From Muribaculaceae bacterium (GTDB lineage Bacteria > Bacteroidota > Bacteroidia > Bacteroidales > Muribaculaceae), in NCBI GenBank assembly GCA_051878575.1, contig JBJEKJ010000099.1, positions 10,686 to 74,685 on the forward strand: DNA of 64,000 bases, read 5' to 3'. Within the stretch, counting starts at the first letter, position 1, and each line of letters opens with the position of its first letter. The notes under the pieces were generated by a model. That model saw nothing but the letters and a program-made list of their open reading frames with translations, ran no database searches and was not told the DNA's origin. A program made the position numbers and the translations under genes. Of the stretch, positions 46,105 to 54,171 are shown piece after piece.

Positions 46105-47262
46105 TCACTTTTTGGCAAATAGCTTTTGCTTTAGCCATGTCCTCACGGGGATGTCGTAGAGCTTAAGGCATGCGTAGGCCATTGCCACTGCCACGATGAA
46201 AATCGACACGCTTACTGCCACATGCGTGGCAGCCGGAGCGTCTGGGTGCGAGTAAGCCCAAGCCATCTGCATGTATATGAGCGGATAGTGGGTTATATAG
46301 AGAGGGAATGAGATCTCGCCGAGGAAGCGGCAGATGCGCCCGGTGCGCTTGCCCATATCGCAGCTTCCTGCACCCATGGCTACGATAAGCGGGAATATGA
46401 CGATTATGCACACGGCCTCATAGATGCCGTTGGTCCACTGAGTCTGCTCGGTCCCTACGAATGGCATGGCGAGTAGCACGGCAATCACGATGGCGCTGTT
46501 CACGAAGCCGTTTTTAGCCTTTATCACAAAACCTATGCGCGAGAGCAGCAATCCGGCAAAAAATGGGTAAAGCAGGCGTGAGAATCCCACATATAGCTGA
46601 TTTGCTTCGATGCTCCAGCCTCCTATCACTGTATAGGCAAGTGCTTCTCGCCCGGCAAGAAGCCCGAATAGGTCGATATTCATGGTGAGCAGCACCGTGA
46701 GAATGGCAAAGAAGAACACGCACACCGCAAGTGCGATTTTGCCGAGCCTGCGTATCACGGTGGCATATAGCAAATTGGCGATATACTCAAACATCAGCGT
46801 CCAAGCCGGTCCGTTCAGCGAATAGCTCTCGGCCCATCCGCGAATGTCGAGGCATCCTCGGGTAGGAATAAGGAAGCATCCGAGCAGCATCACAAGGAGC
46901 ATTGTGTACCATGGCGTGTCGCCGATTATGGGGAATGCGTCGCAGCTTCCGAAATAGTATAGAAGTCCGCCGATGATTGAGCCAATGAACAGCATGGGAT
47001 GCAGGCGAATGAGTCGGCGCTTGGCAAATGTGCCGAGCGACATGCGGTCCCAACGGTCGTCGTAGGCATATCCTATTACAAATCCCGAAAGGACGAAGAA
47101 GAAGTCAACGGCAAGGTATCCGTGATTGATGATTTGGTTGATATGGCCTCCCGAATATGTCTCAAAAAGGTGAAAAGCCACTACCATCATAGCAGCCACA
47201 CCACGCAGTCCGTCGAGCACCTCATATCGGGGCTTCGACTCAAGATAGGTTGTATGCGTCAT
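46105..47262 (-). CDS. Acyltransferase family 3 integral membrane protein
   Basis: 385 aa and polytopic. N-terminal LDGLRGVAAMMVVAFHLFE, the Acyl_transf_3 signature. Confidence 0.8.
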   Translation of the reverse strand: MTHTTYLESKPRYEVLDGLRGVAAMMVVAFHLFETYSGGHINQIINHGYLAVDFFFVLSGFVIGYAYDDRWDRMSLGTFAKRRLIRLHPMLFIGSIIGGLLYYFGSCDAFPIIGDTPWYTMLLVMLLGCFLIPTRGCLDIRGWAESYSLNGPAWTLMFEYIANLLYATVIRRLGKIALAVCVFFFAILTVLLTMNIDLFGLLAGREALAYTVIGGWSIEANQLYVGFSRLLYPFFAGLLLSRIGFVIKAKNGFVNSAIVIAVLLAMPFVGTEQTQWTNGIYEAVCIIVIFPLIVAMGAGSCDMGKRTGRICRFLGEISFPLYITHYPLIYMQMAWAYSHPDAPAATHVAVSVSIFIVAVAMAYACLKLYDIPVRTWLKQKLFAKK

Positions 47263-47447
47263 TGAATTTTGATAATGTTAATAAGTAATCTCCTACAAAG
47301 TTACGGCAAATTTGCCATTAAACCAAATTCTGCTGATTTTAGGCATTTTTAAATTGCGAGGAGGGAATTAATTCGTTGGAAAGTTGCAGATTAGAGGAAT
47401 AATTCGTAATATTGCAGAAAGAATACAACGACTAACGACACACTGCT

Positions 47448-48404
47448 ATGAGATATCTTGACCCTAAGGCCGATTTGACGTTCAAGCGCGTTTTTGGAGA
47501 GCATAAGGATTTGGTAATCAGTCTGCTCAATGCCTTGTTGCCTCTCAGCGACGATGAGCTGATTGAGACTGTGGAGTATCTGCCAAGCGAGTTGGTGCCT
47601 GAGAATCCGTTGCGCAAATATAGTATTGTCGATGTGCGATGTCGTGACAACAAGGGTAGGCAGTTCATTGTGGAGATGCAGATGGTGTGGTCGCAGGAGT
47701 TCATGCAGCGTGTGATGTTTAATGCGGCAAAAGCCTATGTGCGTCAAGGTGGTAAGGCTATAAAATACAAGTATCTTGAGCCGGTGTACTCGCTGAATCT
47801 GGTGAACGACATTTTTGAGCCCGATTTGAAAGAATACTACCATTACTATCGCATGGTGCACGAGCTGCATAGCGATAAAGTGATAGAGGGACTGCATTTG
47901 GTGTTTGTGGAGCTGCCCAAATTCACGCCACACACCTACACTGAGAAAAAGATGCAGGCTCTGTGGCTCCGTTATCTGACTGAAATCTCCGAGACAACCC
48001 GAGAGGTGCCGGCGGAATTGATGAACGTGCCTGAAATCAGCAAAGCGGTATCGGTGCTTGAGGAGTCGGCTTACACTGAGGCCCAACTTCTTGGCTACGA
48101 CAAATTTTGGGATATGATTAGCGTGGAGCGTGCTTTGGTTGACTCAGGCTTTGACAAAGGCCATAAGGCGGGACTGGAAGCGGGACTGGAAGCCGGCCGC
48201 AAGGAAGGAATTGAAGCCGGCCGCAAGGAAGGCATTGAAGCCGGCCGCAAGGAAGGCCTGAAAGCCGGTATTGAAGCCGGTAGAGAGGAGGGCCGAAGGG
48301 CTGAGAGGATAGAGATGGCCCGCAATTTGCGAAAGCTCAATGTGCCTGTCGACACTATTGTGGCAGCAACCGGCCTTTCTTCGGCTGAGATAGAGTCGTT
48401 GTAA
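47448..48404 (+). CDS. Rpn-family recombination-promoting nuclease / PD-(D/E)XK putative transposase-like protein
   Basis: 318 aa. N-terminus MRYLDPKADLTFKRVFGEHKD and nuclease core SIVDVRCRDNKGRQFIVEMQ are typical of the Rpn/YhgA-like (PDDEXK_2) family. C-terminal repeat-rich tail. Confidence 0.8.
   Translation: MRYLDPKADLTFKRVFGEHKDLVISLLNALLPLSDDELIETVEYLPSELVPENPLRKYSIVDVRCRDNKGRQFIVEMQMVWSQEFMQRVMFNAAKAYVRQGGKAIKYKYLEPVYSLNLVNDIFEPDLKEYYHYYRMVHELHSDKVIEGLHLVFVELPKFTPHTYTEKKMQALWLRYLTEISETTREVPAELMNVPEISKAVSVLEESAYTEAQLLGYDKFWDMISVERALVDSGFDKGHKAGLEAGLEAGRKEGIEAGRKEGIEAGRKEGLKAGIEAGREEGRRAERIEMARNLRKLNVPVDTIVAATGLSSAEIESL
48168..48293 (+). repeat. In-frame coding tandem repeat inside the Rpn-family gene: 12-bp unit x2, 24-bp unit x3, then degenerate units
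   Basis: gcgggactggaa x2 at 48168-48191. gccggccgcaaggaagg(a/c)(a/c)t(t/g)(g/a)aa x3 at 48192-48263. Together they encode (AGLE)2-(AGRKEGIE)3-AGIE-AGREEG. Confidence 0.9.
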
Positions 48405-48433
48405 CCAAGATTTCCTTATTAGCCCTGAAGATT

Positions 48434-50335
48434 ATGAAGGCGCATAGAATGGTGATGACTGTGATGATGGCTGTGGCAAGTGTCGTGGCATCATTGCACG
48501 GTATGGCAGAGTCAATTGAAAAGAAAATAGATGGTATAAAATATGAGCTGAACACAGAGTCGATGACGGCGAAAGTCATATCCGATTATTCTGATTTCAT
48601 CTATAATATTACGGGTGTATATCTGTCATATAAGGGAAAAAAGTCCATTCACATTCCCTCGAGGGTGAAATATAAGGACAAGGATTATTGCGTTGTCGCT
48701 ATCGGATTCCGTGCTTTTATGAATTGCGCCAGTTTGGAGTCCGTTTCATTTCCCGATTCACTGAAAGTAATAGAGGCCTATGCTTTTCAGGGCTGTAGCG
48801 GTATCAGGCAGATTGATTTTCCACCTGCCTTGACTTCAATAGGCTATAGCGCTTTTAAGGATTGTTCGATAACCGATATAGCTATTCATCCATCAATTGA
48901 AATAGAGTATGACGCCTTTGCCGGATGTCCGCTGGAAACGGCCAAGTTGCCTTTGAAATATGCCGGTGAGAGATGGCTCCACAACGTGCATAAGATTATC
49001 CCATTCTCTTGGTATGCCGAGCCAAAGATTAAGGAGGAAATAGCAAAGTGGCAGGCAAAGGCCGAGTTTGAGTCAACGGCGCAATGGAAACAGCGTGTCA
49101 ACGAGCAGACGCGTGCTGCAAAGGTAAAGGAGCTTACTATTGCGGCAAAAAATGAGTTTATGAAAGAAATGATGCGATTGGACGAATACGATTACCGACG
49201 AAATAAAAGGCTTGGCACTTACGATGCCGACAACAATATTCTCCCGGTGGTTTTGCCTAATGGCACATTCTATTTCAATATCGATGCCGAGAATGCGGCG
49301 CAAATAAAGAATAATGAATACAGGGTGAAGCTGACACCTGAATTTGTAGTCACCGGAGATACATTGGCTCTGTCGTCGCTCACGTTGGAGTATAAGGGGC
49401 TGTCGTGGAAGCCGATGCGGTCGGTGGAAATTGTAGAGCAGGATTTGGCGCTTGATTTGCCGCCGCTCGAGATTGATCTCGGTGTAAGTCAAGGAGATGC
49501 TATGGCGGCTACTCAGACAACTATCCGCAAAGTGAGTCCAAAAGTGAGTATCGACGACGCTATCGACAAGCAGATTCCTGTCAACTCAGCCACTAATAAA
49601 GGAACTTTTGCGGTGGTGATAGGCAATGAGAACTATCAGCGGGTAAGCCAAGTGCCTTTTGCCGCCAATGATGCGAAGACGTTCGCACAATATTGCCACA
49701 AGACACTCGGAATACCACACAAGAACATCCGCAGCTACGTCGACGCGACTTTTGCCACACTGATATCGGCCATAGATGATATAAAGAGCATTGTTGCGGC
49801 ATATAATGGTGACGTCGATGTGATTTTCTATTATGCCGGACACGGCATCCCTAATGAGCGAAGTGGTGATGCCTATCTGTTGCCAATCGATACCGACGGC
49901 CGCAATACGGCGGTGTGCTATTCGCTCGGCAAGCTCTATGAGGAGCTCGGAGGAATGGGTGCGAAATCGGTGACGGTGTTTCTCGACGCCTGCTTCAGTG
50001 GTGCCGAGCGAGGAAGTGGAATGCTCGCATCGGCGAGGGGTGTTGCCATCAAGCCGCGTTCTGCCGCTCTTCAGGGGAATATGGTGGTGTTTTCGGCAGC
50101 ATCGGGCGACGAGACAGCGTATCCCTACGATGAGAAGGGTCATGGGTTGTTCACATACTATCTGCTTAGAAAACTTCAGGAAACGAAGGGCGATGCGACG
50201 CTTGGCGAGCTCGGGCGGTATGTCGTGGAGGAAGTCCGCCGGGAGTCGGTCGTGAGCAACGGCAAGTCACAGACTCCCACTGTCAGCACTTCCGACACAA
50301 TGACTTTCACATGGCTTGCTAAAAAGTTGAGGTGA
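48434..50335 (+). CDS. Secreted fusion protein: BspA-type leucine-rich repeats, helical/beta linker, C-terminal caspase-like (peptidase C14) domain
   Basis: 633 aa with a signal peptide (AVASVVASLHGMA). LRR units (AFMNCASLESVSFPDSLKVIEAYAFQGCSGIRQIDFP...). C14 His-Cys dyad contexts IFYYAGHGIP and VFLDACFSGAE. Confidence 0.75.
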   Translation: MKAHRMVMTVMMAVASVVASLHGMAESIEKKIDGIKYELNTESMTAKVISDYSDFIYNITGVYLSYKGKKSIHIPSRVKYKDKDYCVVAIGFRAFMNCASLESVSFPDSLKVIEAYAFQGCSGIRQIDFPPALTSIGYSAFKDCSITDIAIHPSIEIEYDAFAGCPLETAKLPLKYAGERWLHNVHKIIPFSWYAEPKIKEEIAKWQAKAEFESTAQWKQRVNEQTRAAKVKELTIAAKNEFMKEMMRLDEYDYRRNKRLGTYDADNNILPVVLPNGTFYFNIDAENAAQIKNNEYRVKLTPEFVVTGDTLALSSLTLEYKGLSWKPMRSVEIVEQDLALDLPPLEIDLGVSQGDAMAATQTTIRKVSPKVSIDDAIDKQIPVNSATNKGTFAVVIGNENYQRVSQVPFAANDAKTFAQYCHKTLGIPHKNIRSYVDATFATLISAIDDIKSIVAAYNGDVDVIFYYAGHGIPNERSGDAYLLPIDTDGRNTAVCYSLGKLYEELGGMGAKSVTVFLDACFSGAERGSGMLASARGVAIKPRSAALQGNMVVFSAASGDETAYPYDEKGHGLFTYYLLRKLQETKGDATLGELGRYVVEEVRRESVVSNGKSQTPTVSTSDTMTFTWLAKKLR

Positions 50336-50470
50336 TGCCTGTTGTCAAGGAGGGGGATTGCATGATTTTGTGGCTTAATCCGGCAAGAGAATATCAAATC
50401 GGTGGGCTGACCTTCATGGTTGCCCACCGGTTTTTAATACCACATTGATAACTATTCGAGCGAGCGCGGA

Positions 50471-50995
50471 TTATTTGTTCATAAACATTGCATAGATGGC
50501 GTAGGCGAAAGCTCCGAGTTTCAGAGCAGTGTCGGCAAGGTAGGCTATTGTGGCAGCTGTGGCGCTCTTTGCACCAAGTGCAACACTTTTCTGCCTGATG
50601 CTCTCAACCAAAAATGCGAAGAGAAACGGCAAGACGATAAATCCTACGATTATGACCATGATAATGGTTGCGTTATCGGCTTTGTTGCTACCTGCACCTG
50701 CCATCAATATGAGTCCGATAAGAGAGGCTATAGTAGTGGCTACGCTTGCCTTTTTGCTGTATTCCTGCATCTTCTTTACTATGCGAGTAATCACTTTCGA
50801 CAGAATGAATGCGACTATGGCAATTGCCGCTACAATAGCTACAGCTCCCCATCCCGGACCGGTCTCAAATCCAATTTGCGCAACGAGAATACCGATAAAT
50901 AGTAGCATCGGACCGGGTATCTTATTGATGAAGCAACTTATGAATCCAAGTGCGAGCAAAATTCCTATCAAAATCCAAATTAAAATGTCGAGCAT
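50471..50995 (-). CDS. Small polytopic membrane protein (DUF456-like)
   Basis: 174 aa with about four hydrophobic helices. N-terminal FINKIPGPMLLFIGILV resembles DUF456. Downstream of the lipoprotein gene on the same strand. Confidence 0.45.
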   Translation of the reverse strand: MLDILIWILIGILLALGFISCFINKIPGPMLLFIGILVAQIGFETGPGWGAVAIVAAIAIVAFILSKVITRIVKKMQEYSKKASVATTIASLIGLILMAGAGSNKADNATIIMVIIVGFIVLPFLFAFLVESIRQKSVALGAKSATAATIAYLADTALKLGAFAYAIYAMFMNK

Positions 50996-51041
50996 ATCTA
51001 TTTTCGTTTTAAGGTTATACTTTAATTATTTTTTAGTTTGT

Positions 51042-51734
51042 TTATCTTGTTTTGCTTAGTTCGTTGGCGGCATCAGCGGCCTTTGCTGCTGCGCCTGCCA
51101 TTGCGCCAACTGCCTCGGCAGCTTTGCCAAGCGACTCTATTTGCTCTCCGAGTTCATCAAGTTCGCTTCCCGGCTTTCCGGCGCGCCTATTGTTCTCGAG
51201 CTTGCTGGTGAGGCGGAATCTTTTTGCTTTAAGCACAACGCTTTCTTTCTCGTAAGTAGAGAACGTAATGGTAGTTTTGTCACCGTCCTCAAGAGTGAGG
51301 AGTTTGTCGATGTCATCATAGTTCCCAAGGCTTACTCTGGCAGTGAAAATAACATCATCGTTTTCATCAAGAAATTCAGCTTCGATGTCGCCCACATATT
51401 TTTTGCCTGCATCGTGCGAGCCGGCGATTTCGTCGAAGTTCACTGAGGGTTTTGAGTCGTTTCGGGTCATTGCAATGCTCATTTTTACTTCTTTGTCTCC
51501 TCCCCAGCCGTCTTCAATTTTAATGGTGTACTGTTTGTCATCAAAATTGAAAGCCTTGCCGAATTTCCCTCCAATCTTGGTGCTCTCGGGGCTCACTTTG
51601 ATAGTGCCGTCGTCGATGGCTTCGGTTTCGGTCGATTCTGAATTTGATTCAGAGCTCGAGCTGCCGCCACAGGCGGTGAGCAATGCCGTGCAGCATAGTG
51701 CACTAAGCATGATGTTGAAAGTTTTCTTTAACAT
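51042..51734 (-). CDS. Hypothetical lipoprotein
   Basis: 230 aa with lipobox ALLTACGGSSSSES. Ser/Glu-rich linker, beta-rich body, Ala-rich helical tail. Confidence 0.55.
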   Translation of the reverse strand: MLKKTFNIMLSALCCTALLTACGGSSSSESNSESTETEAIDDGTIKVSPESTKIGGKFGKAFNFDDKQYTIKIEDGWGGDKEVKMSIAMTRNDSKPSVNFDEIAGSHDAGKKYVGDIEAEFLDENDDVIFTARVSLGNYDDIDKLLTLEDGDKTTITFSTYEKESVVLKAKRFRLTSKLENNRRAGKPGSELDELGEQIESLGKAAEAVGAMAGAAAKAADAANELSKTR

Positions 51735-52010
51735 GATAATTTTGTTTTAAAGATTATTAATTAAATTAGATTTGTTTTGTTTCTTTGTGCAAAGGAATGT
51801 AAAAAGAACGTGATGTAAATGGTCCATTTTAGTCCATTTATTCAATGCGCTTAATTTTATTTTGCAACCGTAATCATTCCTGTGCAAAAGTAAACATAAA
51901 TTAGTATTTTGCCCACCCCCGAGTTAAACGGTGTTAATTGGTGGTTTTTTGCCCGAAAAACGACTTTGGTTTACAATTTTTTGTAATTTTGGGGATAAAT
52001 TGATGAATTT

Positions 52011-53297
52011 ATGGATAGGAGAGATGATACTTCGGCATCGGGATTTATTGAGTCGGGATATGAGGGCGTGAGTGCCACATTTACCGATGTCGAGATATTG
52101 CGTACTTCGGAGTTCAATATCCTTGCACGTGCCAAGCGCTACGGCAAGTGGTGGATGCTCAAAGGTCTTAATCCTGATGCGGAAGGTAGCGTCGTTCATA
52201 GTCGCATGCTGCATAAGGAGTTTGATATGCTTATGTCGTTGAGCCATAATTCGGTGGTGCAGGCAGTGTCGCTTGAGCCGGTGCAAGGGCTTGGAATGTG
52301 CATAGTGATGGAATATGTGGAGGGAGTGACGCTCAATGAGTGGGCGGAGACCCACACTCTGCGAACTGATCGCATGCGCATTGTATCGGAGCTTCTTGAG
52401 GCCGTGAGCTATATTCACTCATGCGGCATAGCGCACCGCGACCTCAAGCCTGCCAACATTATGGTTGCCACCAATGGCGGGACGCTGAAGATTATCGACT
52501 TCGGGCTTGCCGACAGCGACCGTGATGCCATACTCAAGCAGCCTGCCGGCACACGCCGCTATATGTCGCCTGAACAGGCTTCTGTAGCTGAGGCCGATGT
52601 GCGCAACGATATATTCAGCATTGGTGTGATTCTGCAAAACATTATTCCGTGGAGAAGATACGGCCATATTATGCGGCGATGCCTGTTGCCGATTGATGCC
52701 CGGTATCAGAGTGTGTCTGAATTGCAGGCTGCATTCGCTCACTTGGAGCGCATGAGGCGCGTATTCAGTAAGGTGGGCTATGTCACGTTGCTGCTTGCTG
52801 TGGCAACCGTGGCATGGTTTGGCAACAAAGGTGGAGCAGATAGCGCATCGGCAGAGATGATCGACTCGCTGCATGCGGTGGTGGCCGCCGCAAGAGCAAA
52901 CATTGATTCGGTTAAAGCCCATTCTGCCGCAAAAATCGATTCCTTGCAGAGTGTGCTTACGGGAACTAAGTCGGGCCTGAAGGCGATACAGGACCGCGAC
53001 AGCACCATTAATGCTCGTGCCGATGCTTTCCGACGAATATATGAAACCGGCTATGCCGCCCTTGAGAAGTGCTGGCAACGTGATTTGATGCACTATGATG
53101 CTACTGCCACCGTCGACGACAGGGTGATGTATGTACTCGCTATGTACGAGCACTTGCAGCAGACCGCCAAACAATATGTGAGCCGCCACAGTGCGGGATT
53201 GTCGAAAGATGCCGTGGGGTTGCTTGCTGAGTTGATGCAAAACCGAATAGTGTTTCACTACTATCCGCAGGGTAATGCTATGACGGAAAATTATTAA
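52011..53297 (+). CDS. Membrane-anchored eukaryotic-like Ser/Thr protein kinase
   Basis: 428 aa. Catalytic loop GIAHRDLKPANIMV, IIDFGLA, activation-segment RRYMSPEQ. One TM helix (VGYVTLLLAVATVAWFG) followed by a helical C-terminal domain of about 155 aa. Confidence 0.8.
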   Translation: MDRRDDTSASGFIESGYEGVSATFTDVEILRTSEFNILARAKRYGKWWMLKGLNPDAEGSVVHSRMLHKEFDMLMSLSHNSVVQAVSLEPVQGLGMCIVMEYVEGVTLNEWAETHTLRTDRMRIVSELLEAVSYIHSCGIAHRDLKPANIMVATNGGTLKIIDFGLADSDRDAILKQPAGTRRYMSPEQASVAEADVRNDIFSIGVILQNIIPWRRYGHIMRRCLLPIDARYQSVSELQAAFAHLERMRRVFSKVGYVTLLLAVATVAWFGNKGGADSASAEMIDSLHAVVAAARANIDSVKAHSAAKIDSLQSVLTGTKSGLKAIQDRDSTINARADAFRRIYETGYAALEKCWQRDLMHYDATATVDDRVMYVLAMYEHLQQTAKQYVSRHSAGLSKDAVGLLAELMQNRIVFHYYPQGNAMTENY

Positions 53298-53334
53298 AGA
53301 CTTACCTGCTCTTTTTATTCCGGAAATTGATAAG

Positions 53335-53928
53335 ATGGAAACCGTAAAGACAATTGAGAATCTTAGAAATGAGATAGAAACCGCAATTCACCGTCGCCTT
53401 GCCACACCGAAAGATTTCGATGCGCTGCGAGAGATGATTTTCTCGCGACTTCACATTCTTGTGAGTTCTACCACGCTGAAGCGAATATGGGGCTATATCG
53501 ACGATAATGTGTGTACGCGGCGAAGCACGCTCGACATACTTGCCCGATACATTGGCTATGCCGATTTCGATGCCTACGAAAATGGCACGGTGGGCGATGC
53601 GGCTGAGTTGCCGAGCAATCCCGTTATGGCGCGTCGCATCGACGTGGACGAGCAGCTTCAGCCCGGAGATATGATTCGTCTGACATGGCAGCCGGGGCGC
53701 GTGTGCGATGTGGCCTATCGCGGCAACCGGGCGTTTTGTGTCGTTGCGTCGCAGTGTACGCGACTTAAGGCCGGCGACACCTTCAAGTGCAGCCTTATGA
53801 TTGAGGATGAGCCGCTATATATCGACATGTTGGTCACTGCCGATTCGGCTGCTCCCATAGCCTATGTGTGCGGAAAGAAGTCGGGCATACACTTCGAGCC
53901 TATTCAGGCATCAGATGATTCGATGTGA
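53335..53928 (+). CDS. Hypothetical protein, probably co-transcribed with the kinase
   Basis: 197 aa starting 37 nt after the kinase stop. Helical N-terminal part (SSTTLKRIWGYIDD...LDILARYIGY) and beta-rich C-terminal part. No recognisable catalytic motif. Confidence 0.5.
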   Translation: METVKTIENLRNEIETAIHRRLATPKDFDALREMIFSRLHILVSSTTLKRIWGYIDDNVCTRRSTLDILARYIGYADFDAYENGTVGDAAELPSNPVMARRIDVDEQLQPGDMIRLTWQPGRVCDVAYRGNRAFCVVASQCTRLKAGDTFKCSLMIEDEPLYIDMLVTADSAAPIAYVCGKKSGIHFEPIQASDDSM

Positions 53929-54052
53929 TGCTTGCCCATATTGAGAGTTGGTGGGTAATCGCAATGAGTCACGATTGAAAAACGTAGAGCGGTCGGGGGT
54001 GGATAAGGTGGAGTCGGATGCTAATTTATTTCATGCGTACAAAAAAATATTT

Positions 54053-54086
54053 TATATTTGCAACAGTAATCCCGACGACGGGATTA
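54053..54086 (+). promoter_or_regulatory. -7 box TATATTTG followed by an 8-bp stem hairpin at the predicted 5' end of the amylase mRNA
   Basis: TAnnTTTG at 54053-54060. Hairpin taatcccg-acga-cgggatta at 54067-54086. Confidence 0.4.
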
Positions 54087-54171
54087 TAAAGTGATATTTA
54101 GGTTTTTAGCGGTGTCGCCGATGTGGGCGCCGGGTTGGAAACGGACATTACAAACATAAAATTCATTTACT

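Noticed and set aside
47448-48404. Rpn-family 'putative transposase' as an IS element
   Set aside because: I could find no terminal inverted repeats or target duplications flanking the gene. Rpn/YhgA-like genes are usually stand-alone chromosomal paralogs.
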